Shown here one piece after another: positions 13,205-24,826 of a stretch of DNA of 64,000 bases. Numbering within the stretch: the first letter of the stretch is position 1; each line of letters starts with the position of its first letter. The position numbers were made by a program, and so were the translations under genes. This DNA is from Octopus sinensis (lineage: Eukaryota): assembly GCF_006345805.1 (NCBI RefSeq), contig NC_043017.1, positions 29,512,001 through 29,576,000 on the forward strand, in the 5' to 3' direction. The notes under the pieces are model-generated. The model saw nothing but the letters and a program-made list of their open reading frames with translations. It was not told where the DNA came from and ran no database searches.

Positions 13205-13487
13205 TCTTCTTGAAGTCGTTGCTGCTGTAGCTGCTGCTGTTGTTGTGTTGGTCTTCTTCTTCTTCTTACAAAAACTACTACTACTAATACTACTACCAAT
13301 ACTACTACTACTACTACCACCACCAATACTACTGCTACTACTACTACTACTACCACCACCAATACTACTGCTACTACTACTACTACTACTACTACCAATA
13401 CTACTGCTACTACTACTACCAATACTACTGCTACTACTACTACTACCACCATCACTACTACTACTACCACTACCATCACCACCACTA

Positions 13488-13519
<32 letters not shown>

Positions 13520-13540
13520 GTTGCTGCTGCTACTGCTACA
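13205..13540. repeat. (CTA)/(CCA)/(CTG) trinucleotide low-complexity tract
   Basis: Direct inspection; source of the poly-V and poly-L ORFs. Confidence 0.95.
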
Positions 13541-13958
13541 TATCGGTTAACGTGAAAAATTCAACGTGGTGTTTTCTGTTCCGAAAACATAAGCAATGTT
13601 GCTAAAGAAAAGTGCTTCATCATGGCATTGTTTATCGGAAAGCTTTTAACTGGGTTTTTCCCACGTGCAAACAATACACATTCCTCGTTGTAACATAAAT
13701 ACTACTTAATACCTGATGTGTAAATGTTAAGAAACATTTCGAATACGAACAAAAGAGGGACTTATAACAACTAACGCCATCGAACTGCAGAATCATCTTC
13801 CTGAAAGTCATATAATCTCAGCTTCGTATCTGCCTGATGTTGAAATATTTTACAAACTTAAACCAGACTGGATCTAATGCATTAAAAATAAATACTCTAC
13901 GACGAGAGAAAACAAGCGCCATTCTCTCACTCACACATACATACGCTCTCTCATACAT

Positions 13959-14177
13959 AAGGCGGCAAGCTGGCAGACTCGTTAGCACGCCGGGCAAAAT
14001 GCGTAGCCGTATTTCGTCTGCCGTTACGTTCTGAGTTCAAATTCCGCCGAGGTCGACTTTGCCTTTCATCCTTTCGGGGTCGATAAATTAAGTATCAGTT
14101 ACACCCTGGGGTCGATGTAATCGACATAATCCGTTTGTCCCCTTTGTGTTTAGCCCCTTGTGGGCAGTAGTGAAATA
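13959..14177 (+). mobile_element. SINE family A, full length
   Basis: Head AAGGCGGCAAGCTGGCAG, B-box-like GAGTTCAAATTCC, tail GAAATA; flanking near-duplicate ACATACATACG(C/T)TCTCTCA at 13935 and 14177. Confidence 0.92.
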
Positions 14178-14225
14178 CATACATACGTTCTCTCAGTATC
14201 TGTGTGTCTCTCCCCCCCTCTCTCT

Positions 14226-14402
14226 GCATATATATATATATATATTTTTTTTTCTCTCCTTGTTTTTTCTCTGTCCCTTTCTGTAGAAGAGCGTAGGCTC
14301 GAAGCGTAAAATACTTTTTCTATTCCTGAGCGTTATACTAATACATCTGTTTGTTTTCTACACCACCTGTCTTCGTCTTTTGTTTATTTCGTAAACTCTC
14401 CC
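14226..14402 (+). mobile_element. Penelope-like terminal-repeat remnant with hammerhead-like motif
   Basis: CTGTAGAA-GAGC-GTAG-GCTC-GAAGCGTA at 14281-14308; shares CCTGAGCGT and GCTCGAA.CGT with the opposite-strand element at 19750-19935. Confidence 0.55.
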
Positions 14403-14408
14403 TGTATG

Positions 14409-14439
<31 letters not shown>

Positions 14440-14536
14440 GAATTAAATAATAAGGTTAGAAATTGATATTAATCAATTAAAACCACTGGGTTAGCATATT
14501 TAAAAAATCCGAAGATTAAAAATTGTGTTACATACA

Positions 14537-14744
14537 AAATTAAGAGAAATGACCACTAAAGTAGACACCTAATATGCTAAACATAGACGTCATATCACCA
14601 TTAACATTCTAAAGAAAAATCTCAGCAAAACGCCAAAATGTAAAAAATGATTTTTCTTGAGAACACAGTCTTCGTGGTAGTGGCGATTTGATGTCTATGT
14701 TTAACATATTAGGTGTCCAATTTAGTGGTCGTTCCTCTTAATTT
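14537..14744. repeat. Imperfect inverted repeat, about 64-bp arms and 80-bp spacer
   Basis: 14537-14600 versus the reverse complement of 14681-14744 (AAATTAAGAG.AA.GACCACTAAA.T.GACACCTAATATG.TAAACATAGAC). Confidence 0.9.
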
Positions 14745-14746
14745 AC

Positions 14747-14837
<91 letters not shown>

Positions 14838-14963
14838 TAATGAGGGAGATAAATTGAATATCAATATCAATTTAAAACCAACAGCCTAGTATATAAAAAA
14901 TCTGAAATATCAGAAAAAAATATACACATGTATATATATCTATATATATATATATATATAAGC

Positions 14964-15071
14964 AAAATTTAGGTTAGTTAAAAATATGTTCGTGACATAT
15001 TCCAACAGCTAAAAGGCAAATACACAACAGTTGAAATATGTCACAAATATATTTCAACTAACCCAAATTTT
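14964..15071. repeat. Imperfect inverted repeat, about 37-bp arms
   Basis: AAAATTTAGGTTAGTTAAAAATATGTTCGTGACATATT versus reverse complement AAAATTTGGGTTAGTTGAAATATATTTGTGACATATT. Confidence 0.85.
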
Positions 15072-15516
15072 ATATAAGTATAAATACTGCTTAGCGCTAT
15101 CATTTCGTTATATATATATATATAAGGATTAAATAATACGAGGTTGAAGGATATTAGACTTTAATACTTTGATCACAAAAATTCTTTCTGCACTGCACAC
15201 CAGCTCTAAGTTGTTGAGTGTATATTCGTATGTTATACAAAATCATTGTTTACAATTACTATATAGTTGAATATTATTCAGCAATAGCCGTGTCTGGGTA
15301 CAACATCAAGTGGAGAATGATTTTATGTTGTGCCATGCATGTAATGAAGGCATTAAACGCTTCTGCAAACACATCACATATTTATGAGAAATAATTGTAA
15401 CATGTTTGTAGAGAAAGAGTGCTAGAGAGAAATAAGTTACGAATAATAATATCGTATACTAATATCATATCATACAGAAACACAAATAAGAGCACAACAA
15501 CAGTGACTTCGAAGTA

Positions 15517-16083
15517 TTGGGTTGTCCGGAAAGTTCGTGCCGATTCATAGTAGCTTACATTTTGACTTATTTTAGAACATGTTGAAGTCCATAAAATAGG
15601 ATTTGACTACACCTCCATTTAGTGCACAGTTTACGCTATCTTTTCGTGGAAGAAGGTTTATGTTCCTATAACCTGTGTTAATTCTGTAACCCTTTAAAAT
15701 GGAAGATAAGAAAGTTCATTTTCGGCACTTGATGATTTGGGGACCAGACAAAAATTGCTGCAGCTCGGCTGGGATGTGTTACTCCACCCTCCATATTCAC
15801 CAGATATTGCTCCTTCGGATTTCCACTTATTCTGATCTCTGCAGAATAGTCTTAATGGTAAAAAATTTCAATTCCTTTGATGACGTAAAAAGATGCATTA
15901 ATGAATTGTTTGCCATGAAACCGCCCCAATTCTTGGAAGAGGGTATTTTCAAGTTAAAGGAAAGACGGAGACGCATTGTGGAACAAAATGGTTCATACTT
16001 GGTTGATTAAAAATGTAATGGCAGATATTTATTGACCTTTTTCTTTCCTTTAAAAATCGGCACGAACTTTCCGGACAACCCAA
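15517..16083 (+). mobile_element. Internally deleted mariner (DD34D) transposon with perfect 29-bp TIRs and TA TSD
   Basis: TIR TTGGGTTGTCCGGAAAGTTCGTGCCGATT at 15517-15545 and its reverse complement at 16055-16083, TA on both sides. N-terminus MEDKKVHFRHLMIW is fused to TRQKLLQLGWDVLLHPPYSPDIAPSDFHLF*SLQN ... GIFKLKERRRRIVEQNGSYLVD*. Confidence 0.97.
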
Positions 16084-16619
16084 TACTATAATATCATTGA
16101 ATTAGAAGACATGGTTAGAAATGCATAAATGAAAGAAATTTTGTGAAAGTATATTACAGACCCATTTTCTTCATAAATGGAACGTTGCTAAATGCTCCCA
16201 AATATGAAAATCGATATAAAGAAGTTAGATGTCAATGTAATATGTTAGTTATAGCAAGTTCACTTGAACGATGAATTCATTAACAAAACCAGAACAAAAG
16301 ATGGACTGCATTTAGAATACATCTTCGAAAGTTTGCCTGAGAGTAAACTTAATGTCAAAAGTGGAGTTCTAATCTCTATGTAACATTTATGAAAGACGTC
16401 TCAAAAGACGACAAGTTATTATTGAAGAATAATGAGACGATAGTACAAATAACTACAAAACATGAACAAAAGAGAATTTTATTATCTTCTTTTCAAGGAA
16501 GTAAAGGATATAAAATGGAGTGTGCCGTAAAGACAGGCTTTTGTGCAATGGAAGAAGGTTCGGCGACAGTAATTGTCCAGACTGCCTTTTGTTCATATAA
16601 CTATATTCATATATAGATA

Positions 16620-16846
16620 CATAACGAAATACATGTATGCATATATATATATATATATTATATATATATATATATTCATATATATACACACATGCATATA
16701 TACACACACACACACACACACATATATATACATATACACACGCACATATATATGCACATATATACACACACATATATAACACATATACACACATACACAC
16801 ATATATATATATATATATACATAATATATATATATATATATACATA

Positions 16847-16877
<31 letters not shown>

Positions 16878-17040
16878 TAGCAAATATATACACACATACA
16901 CACACACATATATATATACACACACAGACATATATATACATATATGTATATATATATAAACACACGCACACACACACATATAAACACACGCAGACACACA
17001 CACACACAAAAACACACATATATATATATATGTATATATA
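16620..17040. repeat. (TA)/(CA) compound microsatellite
   Basis: Direct inspection. Confidence 0.95.
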
Positions 17041-17044
17041 TATC

Positions 17045-17380
17045 CTGGCACTCCATCTGTTGCGACGACGACGGTTCCAGTTGATCCGATCAACAGAAAA
17101 GTCTGCTCATGAAATTAACCTGCAAATGGCTAAGTACTCCACAGACACGTGTACCTTTAACGTAGTTCTCAGGGAAATTCAGCGTGACGGAGAGCGTGAC
17201 AAGGCCTGTCCTTTTGAAATACATGTACAACAGAAGCAGGTAGAGAGGGAGTTAGAGGAAATTGTGGTGAAGGAATACAGCAGAGCTGGGCCACCATCCA
17301 CAGCCGGAGACTCGTGGAGCTTTAGGTGTTTTTGCTCAATATACACACAGAACGCCCGGTCTTGATATCGCGATCCTACG
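17045..17380 (-). mobile_element. SINE family C, diverged, head truncated
   Basis: Colinear with 29687-30069. Confidence 0.88.
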
Positions 17381-17538
17381 TATATACATACACAGACAAA
17401 GGCGCGCGCGTGCTCACACAATATGAGAGAGATACGAAGATGTAAGCAGGATTAAGCACATAGAAATTAATAGTGAGCTATTCGATCATTCCCTCCAAAC
17501 TAAAGTTTGGTAGATGGATACTGAAGAAAATCTGCCGC

Positions 17539-17575
<37 letters not shown>

Positions 17576-17592
17576 CACACAGGAGAGGAAGA

Positions 17593-17929
17593 ATTATAAT
17601 AAGGCAGAATGCTTAATTGAAAGTAAATTTTAATAAAAATTGGTGTATGAAAATTTAATGAAAAAAAAAAACTAAAAAATCAGTCGACTTTCATTGCAAG
17701 GCAAACTTTCAAGATTTGGAAATGGAAAAATTTTTTTTTTAAATTGAGGAGGGAAAAAAGAAATATACAATGTTTTTTCAAAAATATGATAAAACATATA
17801 CAGAATGCAAATCTTGAAAATTTGCCGTGCAATGAAAGACGGTATGATTTATTAGTTTTCTTTTTAAATTTTTCATACACCCATTTTTAAAAAAATTACT
17901 TTCAATTTAACATTCTGCCTTATTATAAT
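17593..17929. mobile_element. Foldback/MITE-like element with about 125-bp imperfect TIRs
   Basis: ATTATAATAAGGCAGAATG ... GGTGTATGAAAA ... TTTCATTGCA.GGCAAA.TTTCAAGATTT (17593-17717) mirrored at about 17809-17929; TSD not identified. Confidence 0.75.
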
Positions 17930-17995
17930 ATTTTCTCACCTATCATTTATACACGTGTTGTTAATACAACCCCACAATTTACTGACATATATACA

Positions 17996-18463
17996 TGCTG
18001 TATTCTGTCGTGAATTTGGTGGGTGGATGAAGTGTGTTTAGTATATTGTTAAATATATTTAGACCTTCATTCGATTTGTCCAAGAAGAAGAAGCAATCAT
18101 CAAGGAAGCGCTCGAACTTTTTAATGATATATTTACTTCTTGTACTCCTGATCAAAAGTTTTTTTCTACTTCCTCAAAGTTTTTCTTCCAAGTATCCCAT
18201 AACTAACTTTGCATATGGGGGCGCAAACCACGTACCTATAGCCGTGCCCTTTATATATCGACATCTTTTATTGTCGAATCTAAAGGTTTATTTTCTTCTA
18301 GTACTACGCGTGTAGACTTGGTGATGAAGTCAGACTTGTAGCTTTCATTTATCCGTTCTCTGTATTTCTCTATCCAGTGTTTGATTGCTTCTCTGCCTAA
18401 AGTGTGAGGTATATTAGTATAGAGATTGGTGACATCAAAACTTGTGAGTATCGTAATAGTAGT
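17996..18463 (-). pseudogene. Penelope-like retroelement reverse transcriptase fragment
   Basis: ILTSFDVTNLYTNIPHTLGREAIKHWIEK ... VLEEN, frameshift, TFRFDNKRCRYIKGTAIGTWFAPPYAKLVMGYLEEKL* ... KFERFLDDCFFFLDK ... LNTLHPPTKFTTEYS; these are the characteristic PLE RT motifs. Confidence 0.93.
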
Positions 18464-19005
18464 TATATATATATACACACACACACACACGAATGTAGAT
18501 AGTAGATACATTGGTTAATACATACATACAAGGATGCACAAATTGTCTTGGCTGACACTTTTTCTAAAGTTGTCAGCATTACGAAAGCCGGTCAGAAAAC
18601 TTGGATTAGAGATGTACAACAAAGACGTCAGGGAACATATAACAAACTAATCAGATTATTCGTAATCACATGATGTGCGAGGAAGTCAAATCATGATGAT
18701 ATTGTTTATAAGGTCCACAATAAATACACAAAATTTTGGCCTCGACGCTAGTCAAATTATAGTTATTATTATAGTATGAAATATCTCTACAAGTGATTGG
18801 GAAAAAAATATCCCAATAGAAACATGTTGAAATAGAGACAGTGATAGACATGGGAATGGAAAAGTTGGGAAACGAAAACGAAACGAAGTTCGAATGATGA
18901 TAAATGCCCATCGGAATAACCAGATGTAAACAATTACAAAAGTAATGCCTGGGGATTTGTCAACATGTACGTACGCACGTACGTATGTATATTCATATAT
19001 ACGTA

Positions 19006-19056
<51 letters not shown>

Positions 19057-19057
19057 T

Positions 19058-19121
19058 AATGTATATATTCATATATAAATATTTACACAAACGCACATAG
19101 ACACACACGTATATATATATA

Positions 19122-19171
<50 letters not shown>

Positions 19172-19555
19172 ATATAATATATAATATATATAATGTATAT
19201 ATTCATATATAAATATTTACACAAACGCACATAGACACACACGTATATATATATATATATATATATATAATGTATATTCATATATAAATATTTACACAAA
19301 CGCACATAGACACACACGTATATATATATATATAATATATATTATATAAATGTATATATTCATATATAAATATTTACACAAACGCACATAGACACCACGT
19401 ATATATATATATATATATATATATATAATGTATATATTCATATATAAATATTTACACAAACGCACATAGACACACACGTATATATATATATATAATGTAT
19501 ATATTCATATATAAATATTTACACAAACGCACATAGACACACGTATATATATATA

Positions 19556-19598
<43 letters not shown>

Positions 19599-19720
19599 TA
19601 TATAAATATTTACACAAACGCACATAGACACACGTATATATATATATTATATATATATATATATATATAATGTATATATTCATATATAAATATTTACACA
19701 AACGCACTTAGACACACGTA
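19058..19720. repeat. Minisatellite: 8 copies of a fixed core separated by variable (TA)n
   Basis: Core AATGTATATATTCATATATAAATATTTACACAAACGCACATAGACACACACG counted 8 times. Confidence 0.95.
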
Positions 19721-19749
19721 TAAATATATATATATATATATATATATAG

Positions 19750-19935
19750 TTAATCCAAACAAGAAAGCACAAAAAAAAAAACATATCAACGCGAGGACGT
19801 GGAACAAATATAATATTATTGGACGCTCAGGAAAGAAGGAAAGAAGGAGGGTTTAACGTTTCGAGCGGAGCTCCTCGTCGGAAACATAGTAGAAGGAAAG
19901 AGCCAGAGAAGGGAATACAGAGGGAAAAAAATCGC
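19750..19935 (-). mobile_element. Penelope-like terminal-repeat remnant with minimal hammerhead-like motif
   Basis: Minus strand 19885-19851 reads GTTT-CCGACGA-G-GAGC-TCC-GCTC-GAAACGT-T-AAAC. Confidence 0.6.
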
Positions 19936-20340
19936 CAACGGTACGAGGCGACAGACAAATAGACAGTCAGACAGACAAACAAACAACAGACTGATAAATA
20001 GACAGACAGATATATTAATAGATAGATGGATGGAGTGGGGATAGAGCTAAAAAGGTAGATATACAAGGAGACAGTTATTAGAAAACAGAAGTACGAGAAC
20101 CACTAGAGGTTTGATATCTAAACCTTTGAGTACTATCAATAAAGATACAAAAACCCAAAATAGCATGTATCAATTGTTTCTAAACCAAAGTTCCGCTGTG
20201 CATTGAAAGCCATATGCTAAAAATATACCAGCAAAACGACAGTAATAGCAATTCTTATAATCGAACACAATATTCTCGTTTACGTATCTATATTGACATA
20301 TATTTCACAATCATTCATTGACAAATGGGCTCCTAGTTAT

Positions 20341-20653
20341 TAGCTTGCTTAAGAACCACATGGTTCCGTGTTCAGTCCCACTGGGTGGAACCTTGGGCAA
20401 GTGTCTTCTACTATAACCGCGGGCCGACCAAAGCCTTGTGAGTGGATTTGGTAGACGGAAACTGAAAGAAACCCGTCGTATATATGTATGTATATATATG
20501 TGTATGTGTATATGTTTGTGTGTCTCTGTTTGTCCTCCCCCCAATATCGCTTGACAACCGATGCTGGTGTGTTTACGACCCCATATCTTAGCGATTCGCA
20601 ATAGGGACCGATAGAATATGCACTAGGCTTACAAAGAATAAGTCCTGGGGTCC
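20341..20653 (+). mobile_element. SINE family B, truncated at both ends
   Basis: Colinear with 50088-50496. Confidence 0.9.
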
Positions 20654-20991
20654 ACTGGTAGCTTTTCGGTGCGTTCAAAAATCATATAACACCCACAGGT
20701 TAGGGACTGAAATACTCCAAACGGACGCACAGCATATTTCTTAGTCGAATTAGCTCATTATTAACTCCTGACCAGCACATGCTATTTGTTTCATTTGAAA
20801 ATTTTAAAGATCTACAGAAAAGACAATTTGTGTTCAGCACACCAATTTGTACAGAATTATTATTTATATAATAATGGGATGGATCATATCCGAAAACAGC
20901 TTCAGCTTTAGTGTAGTTAATGCTGCACTTTCCCATATCATCTGTTTCAACATAACTGTAATATATTATATACAGACTATGCAATTTTAAT

Positions 20992-21019
20992 CCCGAGCAA
21001 CGCCGGGTATCTCTGCTAG
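20992..21019 (+). mobile_element. Helitron-like 3' terminus
   Basis: GC hairpin CCCGAGCAACGCCGGG followed 8 nt later by CTAG; next base is C rather than the canonical T. Confidence 0.6.
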
Positions 21020-21060
21020 CATATATATGTGTGTGTGTGTGTGTGTAGATATGTGATTGT

Positions 21061-21264
21061 TTGTGTATCTGTGTTTGTACCCCACTATGAATTGACATCT
21101 GATGTTGGTGTGTTTATGTCCCCGCAACCTACCGGTCCGGCAAAAGATACTGATAGAATAATAATTAGGCTGACAAAGAAGTGCTGGGGTCAATTTCATC
21201 GACTAAAGCTGGTGCTCCAGCGTGGGCGCAGTCAAAAATCTTAGGCAAATAAGAGAATAAAAGA

Positions 21265-21266
<2 letters not shown>
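21061..21266 (+). mobile_element. SINE family B 3' half, diverged
   Basis: GATGTTGGTGTGTTTATGTCCCCG ... GATAGAATAA ... GGTGCTCCAGC. Confidence 0.8.
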
Positions 21267-21295
<29 letters not shown>

Positions 21296-21661
21296 TCATT
21301 GATTAAACCTCGCCAAGTTAAATATGTAAACCACCTGAAGAATGACTAACTCGAAAATTTTAAGAACTGAACAGCCATGAAACGATCGTAGTGTTATATT
21401 AATTATCTTTTTTAATAATTTTGATATATATTTAAATAATATAACTTAATTAATCTTATGTATTGGCTTAAGTTTTTCATTGTATGATTTGCCTAATAGT
21501 GGTTTTATCTCTAATTTAATATAATATATATATATATATATATACTCTCATATATTCTAATTTTGGAAACCTGGGTATCCTCTTATTAAGTACAATCAGA
21601 TCATTTTCAGCGGGAGATATAATCTTTGATTTGGTTCGTTATGATATATATATATATATAG

Positions 21662-21694
<33 letters not shown>

Positions 21695-22870
21695 TTTTTT
21701 TTTTTTGATTTTGTGCGATACTTCAAAATCTTTGTCATGTTTTCATGGAGAGAGAAGATTTCCTCACCACTTTCTCTAAACAAACTTATTGATAAACTAT
21801 TCATTTCAGATACGTTTTTATCTGTTCGAGTATTATTTTCGTCTGTTTATGCTATATTTTCTCAGATACCAATTTGGCGTATATTTTTCTCAAGGTCATG
21901 TAAGTTACATTTTAGATTTGGCTGCTTGTACACACACACAAAGACACACACACACAAAGACACACACACACAAAGACACACACACACACAGCTGAATGGT
22001 ATAAAGACTTATGTGTGTCTCTTTGAGTAGGAATATGTCTATCTACGTATGTTCATATGTTACACGACTCATCTGTTTTAGTGCTATGTGCATATAAAAA
22101 TGTAATGGTAAGTATACGTATGTATGAGCTTACGACAGAAGTTAACAGTTTCATTTCGAATACACGCTAAAAGAAAAAAAATTAAACTTAATGAATAATG
22201 CATTTATTTTTTTAATGAATATATGAGGAAGTCAAACTTTGATGTTCGCTACATCACTTGCATATGTGAATGAGTTCTTTGCATTGTTGATTTGTATTTT
22301 ACGGTTTTCGGTAAATGAGTGCAGAATTTAGCTCTATCTACGTAGCAGAAACATCAAAAACAACAACAACTACAAAAAATGCGACTAAGATTTAACAGAT
22401 CCGACAGAAAGGAGGCATTGAAAAAGTAATGAAGGTTGTGAGGAAAAGAAGAAGGTGGTGGTGGTGCTAGTAGTAGTAGTAGTAGCAGTAGTGTTGGTGT
22501 TGGTGGCGGCGGTGTTGGTAATGGTATCATCATCATGACCACCGGGAGCAGGTTCCTGAATTGTAGTATTAGTACTGGTAGTGTTCGTTGATGTTGTAGT
22601 AGTTGTGGGAAAAAAATAAATGGAGGAGAAAGGTGCAAGGAGAGGAGGAGGAGGAGTAAGATGAGTGTCAAGCTGTGAGGCGGGCGAAGAGGGGATTGCG
22701 ATGAGGGATGAAGTTACATGTGAAGGAATTTGTAAGAGGAACAGCAGTAGAAGCAGCAGCAGCAGCAGCAGAAGGAGAATAGAGAAAGGAAGAGGATAAG
22801 GAGGAAGAAGAGGAAGGAGAAAAAGATAGAGAAAAGGAGGTGGAAGAAAGAAAATACAACGGACATATAT

Positions 22871-23053
22871 ATTTCTTTATTGTCCACAAGGGGGTTAAAC
22901 AAAGAGGAGACAAACAAGGACAGACTAAGTGATTAAGTCGATTACATCGACACCACTTCGTAACTGGTGTTTAATTAATCGACCCCCGAAAGGATGAAAG
23001 GTAAAGTCGACCTCGATGGAAATTGAACTCAGACCGTAACGGCAGACGAAATA
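22871..23053 (-). mobile_element. SINE family A, headless body
   Basis: Colinear with family A; breaks at GACGAAATA, the same point as the array junctions. Confidence 0.88.
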
Positions 23054-23447
23054 TACAATGGACATATAAAAGGCAGACTAATAAGTAGACCGTAGACAAT
23101 GAAATGTTACAATTGAATTGATTGAAGAGTAAAGTACAGTTTTAATTATCACGAGGGAATTTTGAGTGGCGACTGTTGGTGCTGACACCTGCGACTACTT
23201 TCGGAGTAAGAGACGGGGATAAAGAAAGCTTATATATATATATATATAAATATATATATATATTTTTTTTTTTTCAGGAAGCATAAACCAAGGAATCTTC
23301 ATGTCTTCTGTGAAAACAACAGTCAACCAGTAGTAAATTTACGGATACAATTTATAATTGTGACTTCGAAGGCGATATACAACAAAGAAAGACAATAAAA
23401 ATAAAAGATAAAGCGTAGTATTCGTGTGCGCGCGCGTGTGTGTGTGT

Positions 23448-23957
23448 GTATTGTGACATACATAATATAGATGTTTGAATTAGCAACGTGACAAAATATT
23501 TGACATTTTAAATACGAATTTCTATTAGAAACGAAATGCACACGTCTACGACACGCGATGAAGCCATTGATTAAGCTATTTGGAGCCACGGGCTATCGTA
23601 ATAATTATCGTGTTTATCTGCATCGCTATCTCCATATAATCGCATCCGAATTTCTCTTATAGTCACCCCTTACCACGAGGGCCATTTCCTCGATAAGACC
23701 TCGGAGTTTCATTTCAAATCATGAGATCTACTTCGTGTTTTTTTTAGCGAGCATCTCTAGATCTCACCTACTTGCTATATACATATGTGTGTTTGTGTTT
23801 GTATTGTGACATACATAATGTAGATGTTTGAATTAGCAACGTGACAAAATATGACATTATAAACACGAATTTCTATTAGAAACGAAATGCACACGTCTAC
23901 GACACGCAATGAAGCCATTGATTAAGCTATTTGGAGCCACACTATCGTAATAATTAT
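23448..23957. repeat. Local direct duplication of about 160 bp of unique sequence
   Basis: 23448-23608 and 23801-23957 are nearly identical; 353-bp offset. Confidence 0.95.
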
Positions 23958-24826
23958 GTGTATAAACATGTTCATACAATTTCACTTCACACATTCTGTC
24001 GGAAGTATCTCCAAACTTTTACACATCAGGGTTACAATAAGATATGTAACAGTTGACTAAGAATAATGCAATGACCTAGAATTAACTCTGAGACATTTAT
24101 TTCCTTCTGACAATCCAAGAAAACGTTCTGCTGGAGCGCACTTCACTTACGATACGCTTAGAGATATTTCATTGAATGTTGTGCATGTGAACAAAACAAA
24201 AGAGTCGTTAAATAGGCTACACAAGTTATCTGATCCATTAGTGGAAGCAAAATTTCAAGATGTGCGAATGTCTCTTTGCTTTCTTCGTTTCCTTTTTTTC
24301 TTTTTTTTTTGTCTTTTTTCTTTTTTTTTTCCTTTTTTTTTTGTATTACAAATTTGTTAATGACATCAGAAGCGTTAATGAAATGACTTCTTTGAATTGA
24401 AACACACTTCAACGATAATTGATTTCCTACAAATGCGCAAAGTACAACGCACACACACTCTTATAAATACATACATACATACATACATGCGTGTGTATAT
24501 ATGTGTGTATGTATGGATGGTTGTATATATTGCTTGTGCGTGTAGTGTATCTAAAGAAGATACTCAGAAATTCATGCTCTTAATAATGTCATTAATAGAG
24601 TAAGCAAACGCATATATGCTACTGTGCTGGAAGAAGTTTCTCTGTAATCATGTAATTCCAAGTTCGAGTCCACCGAGGTAAACATGCAGAAGCGTTTCTG
24701 CTATAGTCTCAGACAAACTTATTCCAAAGGGATTCCAACATTCCTGATGAATACTTTTGTTTTCTAAATATCAATTATATCATGTCTTGAGATACACAAT
24801 CGATGTCTTCTACTTTCATTATCTCT

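Noticed and set aside
13201-13550. Poly-V and poly-L ORFs resembling membrane or mucin proteins
   Set aside because: Trinucleotide repeat; no unique coding sequence or splice context.
16090-16600. Complex purine-rich segment with a 75-aa ORF (16389-16616)
   Set aside because: No recognisable motif in any frame.
19058-19720. CRISPR-like repeat-spacer appearance (also the 44.7-45.4 kb array)
   Set aside because: Spacers are TA microsatellite or SINE sequence, the context is eukaryotic, and there are no cas genes.
23448-23957. TRIM or mini-LTR retrotransposon
   Set aside because: No clean TG...CA ends, primer-binding site, polypurine tract or TSD.
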